From the human T2T-CHM13v2.0 reference genome, Homo sapiens, in NCBI GenBank assembly GCA_009914755.4, contig CP068257.2:17056001-17120000 (forward strand): a DNA stretch of 64,000 nucleotides, in the 5' to 3' direction. A program made the position numbers and the translations under genes. Positions 13,801 to 27,925 of this stretch are shown in pieces. Position 1 is the stretch's first letter. Each line of letters begins with the position of its first letter. Below the pieces are notes generated by a model. That model saw nothing but the letters and a program-made list of their open reading frames with translations. It was not told where the DNA came from and searched no databases.

Positions 13801-15063
13801 ACAAGAAGAATCTAACAATCATTCTCAAAATTATTTGGCCAAGTAGAGATATTCTTCAGTAATATGAAGCTGATTTTATACCAACATATTTATGAATATA
13901 ATATGTAAGTAAAGTAGAAAATCAAATGATTATATTCATTGATGCTAAAAGACATTTAATAAAATATAGAAGCCACTTTCAAAAAAATTATAAATAGAAG
14001 AAAACTTTAAATGAATACACAATAATTTGGTAAAACCAATAGCAGTGTTTATTCTAAATGGTAAACCTCAAAATTTATTTTTATAAATTCCTAAAGAAAG
14101 AATCTTTTTGTCTGATGTCAACTTAACTATTCTACACCTTTGAGGTCAAAGGAAATATAGAGAAAAATAAAATACTTTTCAATATTTTGTAATACAAAAA
14201 GGAATAAAATTGTCTCATGTTGTCATGTAATTACACACCTACATGGAAGAAATTCTAGTAAATGTCTACAACACGGAAAAGACCATAGTAAATTAATAAT
14301 GAAATTATTAATAATGAATAGTGAAATGTATGCTTTCATAAAAGGCAGAAAAAATCAATAACTTATCTCCCTACCAACCTGAAACACTTTTAATTGGAAA
14401 TGGGAAAGTATACCATTCACAAAAATATAGACACTGGGAGATGTTTCAAAAGATAAAAGACTCATAGGATGTCCTGAATACATAGAAGGGTATTCCCATG
14501 TTCTTGGATAGGAAGAGTTCGAGTAATGAAAATGCCAATTCTTTAACAAATAAATATATAAGTGAACTAAAATTCCAATAAGAATTTGAGTTTATAGGAT
14601 AAAATGACCTAAAGTTAGATATAAAAAATAAATATTCAATAGTTAAGAGAGTTTTGAAAAATAACAAATTGAGAAATCATTAGCATATATTAGAATGCAC
14701 TACAAAGTTACTAGGATCAGCACAGCATGCTTAAATAATATAATTAGATAAGTAAATAACTACAAGGGAGTCATGAACTCAGGAAAATATATATTTTCCT
14801 GAGTATAAATAAGAAAATAGGTGCTTCTATTCTGTTTAGAAAAGAGTCTATTTAATCAATTGTGATGGCATAATTGACCAAATATGTAGAAAAAAATAAA
14901 TCTGAGCCGTTAAGTTGCAGTATAAGCACAAATAAACTCTATATGCATTACAGTTGCTGATTACTGGGATATCATCAATTCAGGCCTCACACCCATGGAC
15001 AATGAATGATGTATTTCCTAATTATTGCAAACGTCTTTTTTCCTAATTTCTATACTTTGAAGG

Positions 15064-17365
15064 TGATATGGTTTGGCTGTGTCCCCACCCAAATCTTATC
15101 TTGAATTGTAATCCCCATGTTTCTAGGGAAAGACCCAGCGGGAGTTACTGAATAATGGGGTTGGTTTCTCTCATGCTGTTCTCATGATAGTGAATGAGTT
15201 CTTATGAGATCTGATGGTTTCATAAGCATATGGCATTTCCCCTGCTGGCACTCATTCTCTCTCCTGCCACCCTGTGAAGAGTTGCCTTCTGCCATGATTG
15301 TAAGTTTCCTGGGGCCTCCCCACACCTGCAGAACTAGGCATCAATTAAATTTCTTTTTTTATAAATTACCTAGTCTCAAATATTTCTTCATAACAGCATG
15401 AGAATGGACTAATACAGTAAATTGGTACCAGGAGTGAGGTGTGCATGCTGCTGTAAAGATACCCAAAAGTGTGGAATTGACTTTGGAACTGAATTACAGG
15501 CAGAAGTTGGAACAATTTGGAGGAATCAGAAGAAGACGACAGAAAAATGTGCAAAAGTTTGGAACTTCCTAGAGACTTGAAGGGTTCAGAAGATTGAAAG
15601 ATGTGGGGAAAGTTTCAAACTTCCTAGGGACTTGTTGAATGGCTTTGAACAAAATGCTTAGAATAATATGGACAATGAATTCCAGGCTGAGGTGGTCTCA
15701 GATGGAGGTGAGGGACTTGTTGGGAACTTGAATAGAAGTGATTCTTGCTATGCTTTAGCAAAGAGACTAGTGGCATACTGCAACTCTCCTAGAGATCTGT
15801 GGAACTGTGAACTTGAGAAAGATGATTTATGGTATCTGGTGGACAGAAATTTCTAAGTGGCAAAGTGTTCAAGAGGAAGCAGAGCATAAAAGTTTGGAAA
15901 ATTTGCAGGCTGGTGATGTGATAGAAAAGAAAATCTCATTTTCTGGGGAGAAATTCAAGCCAGCTACAGAAATGTGCATAAGCAATGAGGAGCCCAACGT
16001 TATTCACCAAGATAATGGGGAAAATGTCTCCAAGACATTTCAGAGACCTTCACTGCAGCCCCTCACATCACAGGCCCAGAGGCCTGTGGTTTCATGGACT
16101 GGCCAGGGCCCCCTGCTCTGTGCAGCCTTGGGACATGATGGCCTGAATCCCAGCTGCTTCAGCGCTAGCTGTAGCTAAAAGGGGTCAACGTACAGCTTGA
16201 GCCATTGTTTCAGAGGGTGCCAGCTCCAAGCCTTGATGGCTTCCAAGTGGTGTTGAGCCTATGGGTAGACAGAAGTCAACAACTGAGGTTTGGGAACCTC
16301 CGCCTAGATTTCAGAGGATGTATGGAAATGCCTGGAGATTCAGACAGAAGTTTGCTGCAGGGGTGGGGACTTCATGGAGAACCTCTGCTAGGGAAGTGCA
16401 GAAAAGAAATGTAGGGTTGGTGCTCCCACACAGAGTCCCCTCTGGGGCACTGCCTAATGGAGTTGTGAGAAGACAGCCACCATTCTCCAGACCCCAAAAT
16501 GGTAGATCCACCAACAGCTTGCACCGTGTGCCTGGAAAAATCTGACAGTCAATGTCAGCCTATGAAAGCAGCCAGGAGCTGGGCTATACCCTGCAGAGCC
16601 ACAGGGGCAGAGATGCCCAAGACCACGGGAACCTAACTGTTTCATCAGCGTGACCTGGATGTAAGATATGGAATCAAAAGAGATCATTTTGGAGCTTTAA
16701 GATTTGACTGCCCCATTGGATTTCAGACTTTCATAGGGCCTGCAGCCCCTTGGTTTTGGCCAATTTGTCTCCTTTGGAACAGCTGTATTTACCCAATGCC
16801 TGTACCCCCACTGTATCTAGGAAGTAACTAACTTGCTTTTGATTTTACAGGCTTATAGGCAGAAGGGACTTGCCTTGTCTCAGATGAGACTTTGGACCGT
16901 GTTCTTTTGGGTTAATGCTGAAATGAGTTAAGACTTTCCATGACTGTTGAGAAGGCATGATTGGTTTTGAAATTTGAGGACATGAGATTTGGGAGGTGCC
17001 AGAGGCAGAATGATGTGGTTTGGTTGTGTCCTAACCCAAATCCCATCTTGAATTTTAATCCCCATGTGTCATTGGAGGGACCTGGTAGGAGGTAATTGAA
17101 TCATGGGAGTAGTTTCCCCAGTGCTATTCTCGTGATAGTGAGTGAGTTATCATGAGATCTGATGGTTTTATAAGCATCCAGCATTTCCCCTGCAGGCCCT
17201 CATTCTCTCTCCCACCACCCTCTGAAGAGGTGCCTTCTGCCTTAGTTGTAAGTTTCTTGAGGCCTCCCCAGCCATGCTAAACTGTGAGTCAATTAAGCCT
17301 CTTTCCTTTCTAAATTACCCAGTCACAAGTATGTCTTCATAGCAGCATGAGAATGGACTAATACA
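15064..17365 (+). mobile_element. Full-length THE1/MST-type ERVL-MaLR element: 5' LTR 15064-15416, internal region 15417-17010, 3' LTR 17011-17365
   Basis: Two same-orientation LTRs run from 'TGATATGGTTTGGCTGTGTCCCCACCCAAATC...' to '...GAATGGACTAATACA'. The ~1.6-kb internal region is homologous to that of the 35661-37850 copy, and its ORFs 15668-15856 and 15807-16178 are homologous to the start of the 290-aa ORF in that copy. Confidence 0.8.
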
Positions 17366-17685
17366 GAGGAATTGATCACAAATATGTTTGCTGTTCCCCT
17401 AAAATGATCTGAGGAGGATTTTTCTTGCCTTTAGTGACTCCCTGCTATTTGAGGAGCTTAGTTTCATTTCCAAGTACTAGAGACCAGGCTCTTCCTCACA
17501 CACTTTCATCTGCATACTCCAGGTTTTAAGCATAAACTTGTATCTGCATCTCTGCTTCCTTTATGACTCTTTAGACCTCAAGTCTTCTTGAATTTTATCA
17601 TTTTGAATTTATTCTTTGTTTCCTGAACCAGGGTGTTTTCTTTGTTAGGTATACCTTTGATTTAATGTTAAAATGTGTTCACAGG

Positions 17686-18050
<365 letters not shown>

Positions 18051-18392
18051 TTAAACAGTTTTTTATATGGTTTCTATAATTTCTATCATTTGAAACAGGA
18101 AAGGAGGGGTTGCAATTATGTTCTGAGACTGTCAATTTCAAAATATTCTATTAGTTTTTAGAAATTTATTTGCATAGAGGTAGTAACTGTTAATTGTATT
18201 AAAAGATGATTTGAAAGCTTAAAATGGAAAACATATCCACTGATTATTTCTGAGAATTATAAAGATATTATCCTTAGGTTAGGCTATTTTTGTGAGAAAA
18301 CAACTCACTCACCTCAGCTCATGGTATTCTTGTATTTTCTGGAAACAGTAGTTGAAAATTGCTGCATAGCAATTTATACTTAATAAACTACA

Positions 18393-18447
18393 TATATGTG
18401 TGTGTGTGTGTATATATGTATATATATACACAGATATATATATGTAT
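18393..18447. repeat. (TG)n/(TA)n compound microsatellite
   Basis: 'catatatgtgtgtgtgtgtgtatatatgtatatatatacacagatatatatatg'. Confidence 0.85.
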
Positions 18448-19049
18448 TTTTTTAACAATCTGTTGACATCGGTATTATTCCTTCAGTTTCCTACTGTAAT
18501 AGAATGTGGCCAAAAAGAAATGGCTTATCACAGATTGTCTTCCCCCAAAGTAGTAAAGAAATCAATCACTCAGACTTGGGAGGTTGCTTCTATGATCTTT
18601 TCACTAATACTTACTACTTCCCAGCATAAATTACACTTTAGGCTTCTTTCTTCCTTCTTTTCTTTTTCTTTCTTGCTTCTTTTTTTCTTTCCTTCCTTTG
18701 TTTATATTTTCTTTCCTTTTTTAAAAAACAAAATTCTTAATTTGGGTAACTTTCCTTTTAAGGAAGTTGAATCACTTTCTAAAGCAAACAGAACACCAGT
18801 AGATTACTAAGCTGACTGTAAATTAAAATCAAGCTTTACTTCCCTGAGACCCAACTAGGTATTAATGAGTACAAAGTAGGTTCATTCAATAGAACATTGA
18901 AAAGGGACCATATTTTCACTCCTGCTCTGTCAATATATATATAACACAAAAATATTATCTGCCAGTAAGAATGGCCTTAGTCTATTTATATTCTGTTTAA
19001 TAAGCACCCTTTCAGCATTGTACAGACAAAAGCTGTATCTTTCTTCTTG

Positions 19050-19240
19050 ATTTCTGCTCTTCAAAATAGGGCATGCTTTAATTTTTAAGAAGGAGAAAAT
19101 GCCTGTTCGGATGAAAACTAATCACTACACATCATTTTCAAGGGAGAAAGGAACAGCAGATGCTTAAAAGACTAAACAGTGTTCCTTTCCAAATAAATAT
19201 CTCTGATTATTCTTTCCTGTGGTTGACTAACTGTATAAAA
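19050..19240 (-). repeat. Arm B of the inverted duplicate pair (partner at 5865-6045)
   Basis: Reverse-complement match to 5865-6045 at high identity. Confidence 0.65.
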
Positions 19241-19895
19241 CATGATTAGGTCTAACGCTCTATTGATGTATCACAGTCTTAGGCAGAGTTAACAGTATAC
19301 TTAGCTTGGGCCTGCCTTTCTTTCTTTTCCCATTTTCCTAGCTGCAGTGTGGCATAGCCCTTAGTCGATACAGCAACTCCCTCCTAAGCAAGCATTAAAT
19401 TGAACACATGAATGGCAGCATTTTAAAGGAGATCTGATAACCCAGACATGCTTGCGGCTTTTAAAGAGGCCACATCAGATAAAAAGAACTACTGGACACT
19501 TGAGAGCTGACATATTCTTCTAAAAAAGAAAAGATCTTGAGAAATCAATTGGGCCATAGAGAATATTCTCCAAAAGATCAAATAGGGCAAAAGAATGTTT
19601 CTATTTCTCTAGAGCAGCATACAATATTTAGAGAAAATGCTCTTTCAAATAGTCAAAAGAATTTATTCATACAGTATTTTTATATAAAGAGTTGAGCCTA
19701 ATACTTCTGAGAATGACTTTAAAATCTCCCACATTTTGTCAACAATCTTAGACTTTAATCCTAAAAAAAAATCTTGAAAATGTTTTCCATCATCACAGAT
19801 GCCCAAAGGAAAAATACACTCTTCAAAAAGTGAGTTCATAAATCATTTAGTTTTTCAATACTTAAAGAATGAAATAGAATTTCCTGAAGGCCTTC

Positions 19896-19968
19896 TGTGT
19901 ATGTATGGGTGTGTATGTTTGTGTGTGTATGTGTGTGTGTGGGATAGAGAGAGAGAGAAAAAAAAATT
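19896..19968. repeat. (TG)n-(GA)n-(A)n compound microsatellite
   Basis: 'tgtgtatgtatgggtgtgtatgtttgtgtgtgtatgtgtgtgtgtgggatagagagagagagaaaaaaaaa'. Confidence 0.85.
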
Positions 19969-20257
19969 AGCAGAATACTGTATATCCAAAGTTCAGCATA
20001 ATATTAATGATAATCTAATTTCAGAAGAAAATTTAAAAAATATTTCTAATGATACTGATCTTTGAAATCTAGAACTTTATGTAAAAAACCACTCCAAATT
20101 GGAAACATATTTGTCATTTTCTAAAGGAACTATGCCTATCAATCAATGGACTACATCTGGTTAGCCATTTGTGTGATTCTTTTCATCATTACAGACCTAC
20201 ATTGATTTTACTAAACAACTGAATGGAATAAGCCTTTAAAAAATAAAAACAAGAACA

Positions 20258-20310
20258 GAAGAAAAGAAGGAAGGAAGGAAGGAAGAAACTAAGAAAGAAA
20301 GGAAGAAAGA
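20258..20310. repeat. (GGAA)n microsatellite
   Basis: 'gaaaagaaggaaggaaggaaggaagaaactaagaaagaaaggaagaaaga'. Confidence 0.75.
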
Positions 20311-22789
20311 ACCTAACCTAAGAAATAAGCAACATGTACCCTCAGACGTTTGGCTCATTGCCAAGCTAAACAAACCTTCACAATTTGCAGAAAGTAAACT
20401 TAAATATCGTTGTTGTCAACTTAAAATCAATGAGTTGGGTGAAAACAATCAAGTACCAAAGTCAGAAGTGTACAACGACTGTCACATTAGTGCCATGAGA
20501 CATGGCCTCATTTGGTGAAACTGTGTGTATTTTTTAAAGCAGCTGTAGGCAAGCAAATACTTCATGACGTTAAATCAACCACATAAGGAAACTGAAATAA
20601 GTAATTACTCTAGGGAAGTGAGCAATTAACAACTGAGCACACATACGGATTTCTTTGAATGTAAGTCAATAAGACTCTATGTTTCCAGAGAAGAATTCTC
20701 TCCCAATTATATTTCTCCCTAACAGTAAGAACAGTAGGGTGGGAAGAGTCAATAATACATGCCCAATAAACATGATTTGAATGAATAAATTGGTATTTGT
20801 TAAAGAACTATAAAAACTACAGTAATAATGGAGAAAATTTTCTCATATTCCTTTAGATATTTTTGATTATTTTTTCTTCCCCCATGCACTTGCTAATAGT
20901 TTCTCTCATGTCTTAGTCCAGTCAGGTTGGTATAACAAATTACCATAGACTGAGTGGCATATAAACAATAAGAATTTATTTCTCGTAGTTCTGGAAACTG
21001 GAAGTCTCAGATGAGAGTGCCATTATGGTTTAATTCTAAAGGCTCTCTTCTGAGTTGCAGATGGCAACTTCTTGTTGTGCCCTCTCATGGTGACTGGGGC
21101 AAGGCAGCTCTATGGCATGTCTTTCATAAGGGCACTAAAATCCTGTTCAAAAAGGCTCTGCTCTTATGACCTAATCACTCACCAAAGGGCCCACCTCCTA
21201 ATAGCATCACCTTCAGGGTTAAGACTTTAACGTATGAATTTTTTAGGAACATAAACATTCAGTCTATTGTTCCCTGCATCCAGCCCTCCTAGTACTCTGT
21301 GAACCTCTTCCTTTTTTGCTTTCTTCATCCTGTCTCTGGCCTGCTGTTAGTAAAAGACTGTCTATACCACTTACGTTTCCTTAAGCACCTATTCAGTATG
21401 TCACATTATACCAACTCCCCCCCTATAAACCACATAATACAGAGAATTCTGAAACCCAATTACCAACTCAAAGATGTATTATGGAATTCTGCCAATCTTT
21501 CTTCTTGTTGACTTTCTGGTGGGTTATTTATCTGGAATTGATTTTTCATCTAGATAAATCACTCATGTGTGTCATTGTAACTCTTGGACTAAATTATTGC
21601 CTCTTTAATATGTTGTTTGTTAGGCCTAACTTCTGGACTATATTTCTTAGTTTAGAAATATAGAGAAATAAGAGACTGGGGTTTATCCCACAGCCATTAG
21701 GAAGAGGAGTCAATACTTGCTTCCTCTACAGTCACTTAAGCGGACCTAACCTCTGCCAGCCAGGAGACCTGTAATCCATATTTTAGTTATTATAAATTAA
21801 TTGGTATCATAATTTTGTTCAGAAGTAAAAGATCATCATTTGTCTTCCATAAAAAGATGACCAATACTCAGGAAATATTGATTGAAAGTATTCACTGATA
21901 AGTATATAAAAAGCAAGGGTTAAAACATACTTGATATGGTCAATATTTTATTTGTACTTTGCTTAAAAAACAAAGATGAGTTGAATGGAAAGAAACAAAA
22001 GATTGTACACAATGATTATAGTTTAAATATGATGCTAATTAATGATGCTATTCCTTTTTCATTTCCTTTTCATGAAGATTATTCCAAAATTACTTTAACA
22101 ATCAGCAGATATGGTGAGTTATTTATATGAATGATTATCATAAAAAGGAAACCAAAGAGAAGGAAAAGCTCAGAGAAAAATATTGATGAAAACATTAGGT
22201 ACATCAAAAATCACTCTGGGTATATTGATCTGATTCATTCTTCTATGCTTGACAGAGAACATTCAATACTCAGAATTATCCATCCAGCATTTTGACATTG
22301 CCCTTTGGAGAGTAATTATCAGTACTAATTTATGTAATTTTTTTAGTCCAGCAGAAGGTTTCAGAACTCACATATGCCTGTGTATTTTAACTTTATACCT
22401 TGAATGTACTCTATTTACAATTTAGGCAATATAATATGACTAGCATAATATTACATGAAATTATATTTTCAAAATGGAAATTATTTCTCAGGGATTTTTT
22501 TTAAAAGAAGGTTTCAAAAAGTATTTTCAGTTTTAAAGAAAACCAATGTTTTTCCTTTTTTCTGAGATAGTACGTGTATAGCTATCACTTGCAAGGAATA
22601 AAACCACAGAAATTAATAGGACATGTGCCTGAAAAAAAATATTTGGAAGATATAGGGCAGTGCCATCAAATATACATAAAATGTTATCCACATATGGAAT
22701 TTTAAGTCATCTAGCAGTCACATTAAAAATAAGAAGAACCCGGTAAAATTATTTTTATAATTGCGGTATCATAAAAACGTATTTGGTCT

Positions 22790-23520
22790 TCTCTTCTGGT
22801 TTCTGGCACAGCACTCCACTGGAAGCTGAGTCTCCAGAAAGACCAACCCTTTGTTAGAAGTTTGGAACTTTCAGCTGCACCCCCTCAACCTCAGAGAAGG
22901 GAGAAAGGCTGGATTGAATTCAAGCACCAGTGGCCAATGATTTAATCAATCATGTCTACATAGTGGAAGCTCATAAAAATCCCTAAATGATGGGGATTGG
23001 AGACTTTCCAGGTGGGTGAACACACTGAGGTACTGGGAAGGCAGCATGGAAACTCGGCACCTCTTCACCTCCCACTACCTCGCCCTACACATTTCTTCCA
23101 TTTGGCTGTTCCTGAGTTGTATCCCTTATAATAAACCATTAATAGTAAGTAAAATCATTTCCTGAGTTCCGTGAGTCATTCTAGCAAATTATCAAACATG
23201 AAGGGTTGGGGGGAGGTTGTGGGAACCCCTGATTTGTAGTAAAGTTAGAGAGAAGTGTGGGTAACCTGGAGACCAATATTTGAAATTGGAGTCTTGCCAT
23301 TGACTCTTGATAGACCTCCAGGTAACCCACAATTCTCTCTAACTTTGCTACATACTGGGCTGTGAAATCGAACCCTAACTGCCTGGAGGCTGCTTTCATT
23401 CTGGCTAGGTAGCGTCAGAGGTAAATTGAATTGTAGGGCACCCAGTTGGGGTACCATCATTTTTCTTCTGAATGCTGAGTCTTTCCTTTGCTTCTCTGTG
23501 GAGATCAATCCATTCTAGTG
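22790..23520. repeat. Possible LTR-like or unclassified interspersed repeat; contains a 37-bp-stem hairpin at 23235-23352
   Basis: Contains an AATAAA-like motif and an internal inverted repeat; family not recognised. Confidence 0.25.
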
Positions 23521-24124
23521 TGGCATGAAAGGCCTATTGAATCTCTATGTAAACTAAAGCCCAGGACAGGTCTAGGTTTTGAAAAGGGAAGGAAACCTTT
23601 TTGAGTTATTTAATACTTATGTCCAACCCCACTAAACAAAATACACAGCATGTGTTACACAAATCAAATGTGTAACACCCATATTTCTAGATATTCACTC
23701 TTGAATTTTCAGAATGTCAGCAGGACACTGCCCATGCCTGACCATCCTCAAATATCATGTAACTCTGGTTAGTGCGTCAGCATTAGTGAATGTAAGGAGG
23801 GAGTGACAAACTGGAAAAGGGATAAAATAAGGGGGAGATCCAATATCAGTTAAGTACATCTAAGAAGTGTTATGTCAAAATCAACATTGAGAAGGCCATT
23901 CCGAATTTGGTTGTGTTCAGTTTCATAATTACATAATTTACTTGTCAAATATCCATGAAGTCCTGTGATTTGCTTTAAAGACAGATACCCTGTGAAGGCT
24001 GACACGTTAGACTTTAGATATCAGTCACTTAGCAGTCATTTCATACCAGGGAATCATTTAATTTGCCTGGTCTTTAGAGAATAATAGAATAATACCTCTC
24101 TTATACGACTGCTTTCAATTAATC

Positions 24125-24144
24125 TCACACACACACACACACAA
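24125..24144. repeat. Short (CA)n microsatellite
   Basis: 'acacacacacacacacaca'. Confidence 0.7.
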
Positions 24145-27100
24145 TATGAAAATACTTTGAACACTGCATGACACCTGCTAATGATTTATTACATGACAAC
24201 AGCACATTTCTGACCTAGCGAATACGAAGATGGCACTATTAGCAAACCAAAGTCTCTCTTTGCTTAATATAATTTTAACAAATATATTTATAGGAAAAAT
24301 TTAGCTACTGATAAATGTTCTTAACAATTCTTCTGACGGTTTGTGGTAAAGTAATTATGAACTTGATTAAATCAAACTTATTCTTCATTTAATATGATAA
24401 TTTTTTTCTTAAAAAATTATTCAAACACTCTGTTTGGTATTTGGGATGTTCTGTTTCTTCATGTTGCCAAACTAGATAGACAGGAAAAAATAGGATAAAT
24501 TAATCATTACCAGAAATAATTTGAAAGACTGTTTAACTTTATCTTGACATCAATATGGTATAGAAACAAATTTGAATTAGTTTGACAGTGCACATAAATA
24601 AATCCTGTAATATGTAATTTCTGGATCATAGTGAAATCCAATTCTCAATTTAATTTTAACCTAATGCTATGCTCGTAGATATTAAAATGGGCATTTTCAT
24701 AACTTTTTATTTACAAAGAAGAGTAAAGTTTAAATTATATCGGTAATATTCACATAGTATAGAGAAATAGAGCTAGCATCTATGTTTTATGTAAAATTCC
24801 AGCTCCTTTCAGTTGCGATTTTTTTTGGGGTTTCAATGAAATTATGTATTTACCAACATAAACAGATTTTAAAATTTACTATTTTCAATTAGTTACTGCT
24901 TGTGAATGTGTGCAAAAATTAAAGTCTTTATAATCACTAGACTGGGATCTTTATGCCATCAGTTTTCTTTAAATTAGTATAAGGCACAGTCATGTGGGTG
25001 AAATATGTTAAATTTGAGCCAGGTGTGTTGAAGACAAAGTCCTTGTTTAACTCTTTTACTTAATACATAAGTGAGAAAGGTAACTTTTAAACTGCCCTTG
25101 CAAAAATTATAATAGTAAGAAAATTATGGCAGTGAAAGAGATCAGACCTAACCAACTCCATCTTTTCTTTAACCTTCAAACTGCCCTTAGCTGTTCCTGA
25201 GCATGGACCAAGTTAAGTTTGGAAGAAATTTAGTTTATAGTTTAAGAGATAATAGCTCTTTCAAAAACTAAACCACCTTTGTAAAACCAATGAAAAGAAA
25301 CCAGGTTGGGAGAATGAGAGGGGCCTAAATTCTGCTAAGATGTAGGCATAGTTAAGTAATTACCAGCCATTATTCCAGAGGTCACAAGATTTGCAACTTC
25401 CCCAATTACTCCTGTAACAAACATTCCTATTGTAGAACCTAAAATTGGCTGTTTGAGATGTCTTCTTAGGCTTTTGCATTTCTGAAGACCGATGGCCACA
25501 CCTAGACCAAAGACTCCTTTGTGGCCCCCACCCAGAAGCAGATTCAGTGCACTAGGACTATTTTCCACAACCCTACTTTTGCATCCCCAACCAGTCAGCC
25601 TCCATTACCTAGGCTCCTGCCCACCAAACTATCCTTGAAAAGCTCTAGCCTCCAAATTTTTTGGGAGGTGGATTTCAGTAGTAATAAAACTGTGGTCTCT
25701 AGTTTAGCTGGCTCTACTCATATTAATATAACTCTTTCCCTTTGCAATTCCCCATCTTGATAAATTGGCTCTGTCTGGGCAGTGGGCAAAAAGAACCCAT
25801 TAGGTGGTTATACTTTTAGCTCATTAAGAGTAGAAATCCACTCTGAATGTGTACTCAGTAAGATATCCTGCATCAAGTAACTTGCCCCTCCAAATGGGAG
25901 GACTACAGTGTCTCCTGCTCAGTGCAGTGATGCTTTTCTTTAAGTGCATATAGAAATGTTCATATTTTACCTGAGTGGGCTGACAGTTCAACACATTGCC
26001 ATCTTGTGTTGACAATGCATACTTCAATTTGGTATTAGAGACACATTTCCTTATACTTCTGGGTTTAAATTATGCAGTTTTTCTCAGTGCCACTGTTTTC
26101 TTGTGGGTATAACAATAATACTTACTTTACAAGGCTGGTGCAAATATTAATTGAACAAATAGATGCCTAGTAAACGGAATTGTGAAAGGCACATTGTAAG
26201 GATTCTATAATTGCTTTTATTATTATCAATATTATTATTATTAATCTATCCATGAAAATTATCCAGCTTATTACTACCAGAAAGGAAATGTTGAAAGACA
26301 ATAAAGTTAAATCCAAACTGCATAAAATGACTTTATAATATTAAGAGATACAGACTTGTATTTGAATATATTAGCAAAAACAATGGAATTATAAATATGT
26401 ATTTTCCATTTTTTCTAGCAAACAATAATTTATTTATATGAAAAATGTATAGTTAGAAAAGCCAGTGTGGTTCATAATTGCTGATGTACAAATTCCTTGA
26501 TTTAAAGCAAAAATCCACTTTAATATGGCAGCATATATTACCATATTCTTATTTGAAAAATGTTATTTCAACTCCTCCAAAGATACAGTGACAGAAAGTG
26601 TTATTTTAATTTATTTGCCATATGCAATCCTGTTTCCTCTCCTTAAATTAAGAAAAATGCATAGAGTGTTTCCCATCAGGTAGCTCCTATTTGGATGAAA
26701 ACTCTTAAAACTCAATGAAGAGCACTCTGTTTTCAGTAACTCCTGTTAAAAACACAAACACAGGTTACGGCCAGGTGGAAGTGAAAATTTTGACTTTTTT
26801 TCTGGATAGAAATGTGGAATTACAAATATGTCACCTCTGAACTAGGTACATATCCAGCTAATCTAGCACAGCTAGATAATCACAACTCTACCGGAGTACT
26901 GTGTAGATTTTGCAGTGTGGGGAACAAAGTCTATGCTTGCTGGTAGGAAGATCACCTGAAGAGTGAAGAAAGAAGGGGCTGATTTGCTCAGACTGTAATT
27001 TGCTCCCTAGTAATCAGGGAAGTCATACCTCATCCCATAGGGAAGAATGACAAGTAACAGAAAAAGGGTAAGGATATGGCTCTTTGGAGGGTTCTGGACA

Positions 27101-27199
27101 GAAAAGTTGAAGCAGAGAAAAATTACATATTCAGATAGAAAAACAAATTTATTGAACAATGATCCAATAGATTATTAAAATAGGTACCATTTTTGTTTA

Positions 27200-27332
27200 G
27201 GTTTATGTTTTGTGAAATTGATTTATGTTTTGTGAAATTTATGATTTCACAATTTTTTGTTTTGTGAAATTGTACATAATTTATGTTCTGTGAAATTGTT
27301 GATCTATGTTTTGTGAAATTGTACATAATCTA
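27200..27332. repeat. Minisatellite: about 5 tandem copies of a ~23-27-bp unit containing 'atgttttgtgaaattg'
   Basis: 'gtttatgttttgtgaaattgatttatgttttgtgaaatttatgatttcacaattttttgttttgtgaaattgtacataatttatgttctgtgaaattgttgatctatgttttgtgaaattgtacataatc'. Confidence 0.75.
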
Positions 27333-27704
27333 TTATTTCTTTCAATAGATATTTTAATTTAAAGTATGAAATAATTAACACTGCTAGTCATTAATTTTTA
27401 CCCTGAAACACAATCTTGCCTCAAATTTTCAGAACATTATTTTTTATTTAGTATATCACTTCATAAATAGCCACAACCCTCAAAGATGTAAATTAAGGAC
27501 AGCAAGGTTTAAAATCAATAATTCCTTTAAGCCTTTACAATATTTTTTAAAGTAGTGCCAGGAAATAAGACATGCTGGCTTTCACTTTCAGTAACCTGAA
27601 AATAATAGCATAAATTATGTAAGTAACCTCTTATTTAACAGAGTTGTATCATATTTTTTACTCTAAGTTCCTTGTTTAGTATGACAAAGCTCTACTTTCT
27701 AGAT

Positions 27705-27925
27705 CAGTGGTTCTCAAAGACAATGATTTTCTCCCAGGAAGATTTCTTAGGAGGCATTTGGCAATGTCTGGAGAGAGTTTGGGTTGTGATAAAACAAGGA
27801 AGACACTACTATTGGCAACTAGTGAACAGAGATCACAGATGCTGCTGAACATCCTAAAATTCAAGTGGCAGCTTTTACAACATAGAAGTGGCCAAAAATG
27901 TCAGTTGTGCTGAGGTTCAGAATCT
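27705..27925. mobile_element. hAT-type MITE (MER/Charlie-like; family uncertain)
   Basis: The 5' terminus 'cagtggttctcaaag' is the hAT/Charlie TIR motif; the internal 'gcatttggcaatgtctggagag...ggcaactagtgaacagagatcacagatgctgctgaacatcctaaa' matches a common human MITE consensus that I recall. Confidence 0.5.

Noticed and set aside
15064-15416. Target-site duplication for the 15064-17365 THE1/MST element
   Set aside because: Flanks 'gaagg' and 'gagga' do not match cleanly, and the old element has probably mutated past recognition; I do not claim a TSD here, unlike the clean GTTTC at the other copy
18400-18810. 136-aa ORF
   Set aside because: It runs through a (TG)n/(TA)n microsatellite and a CT-rich tract, and is open only because low-complexity AT/CT sequence lacks stop codons in that frame
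27200-27332. Regularly spaced short repeats that could superficially resemble a CRISPR array
   Set aside because: The units are irregular (23-27 bp), directly abutting, AT-rich and sit in primate DNA full of Alu/L1. There are no uniform spacers, leader or cas genes, so this is a eukaryotic minisatellite
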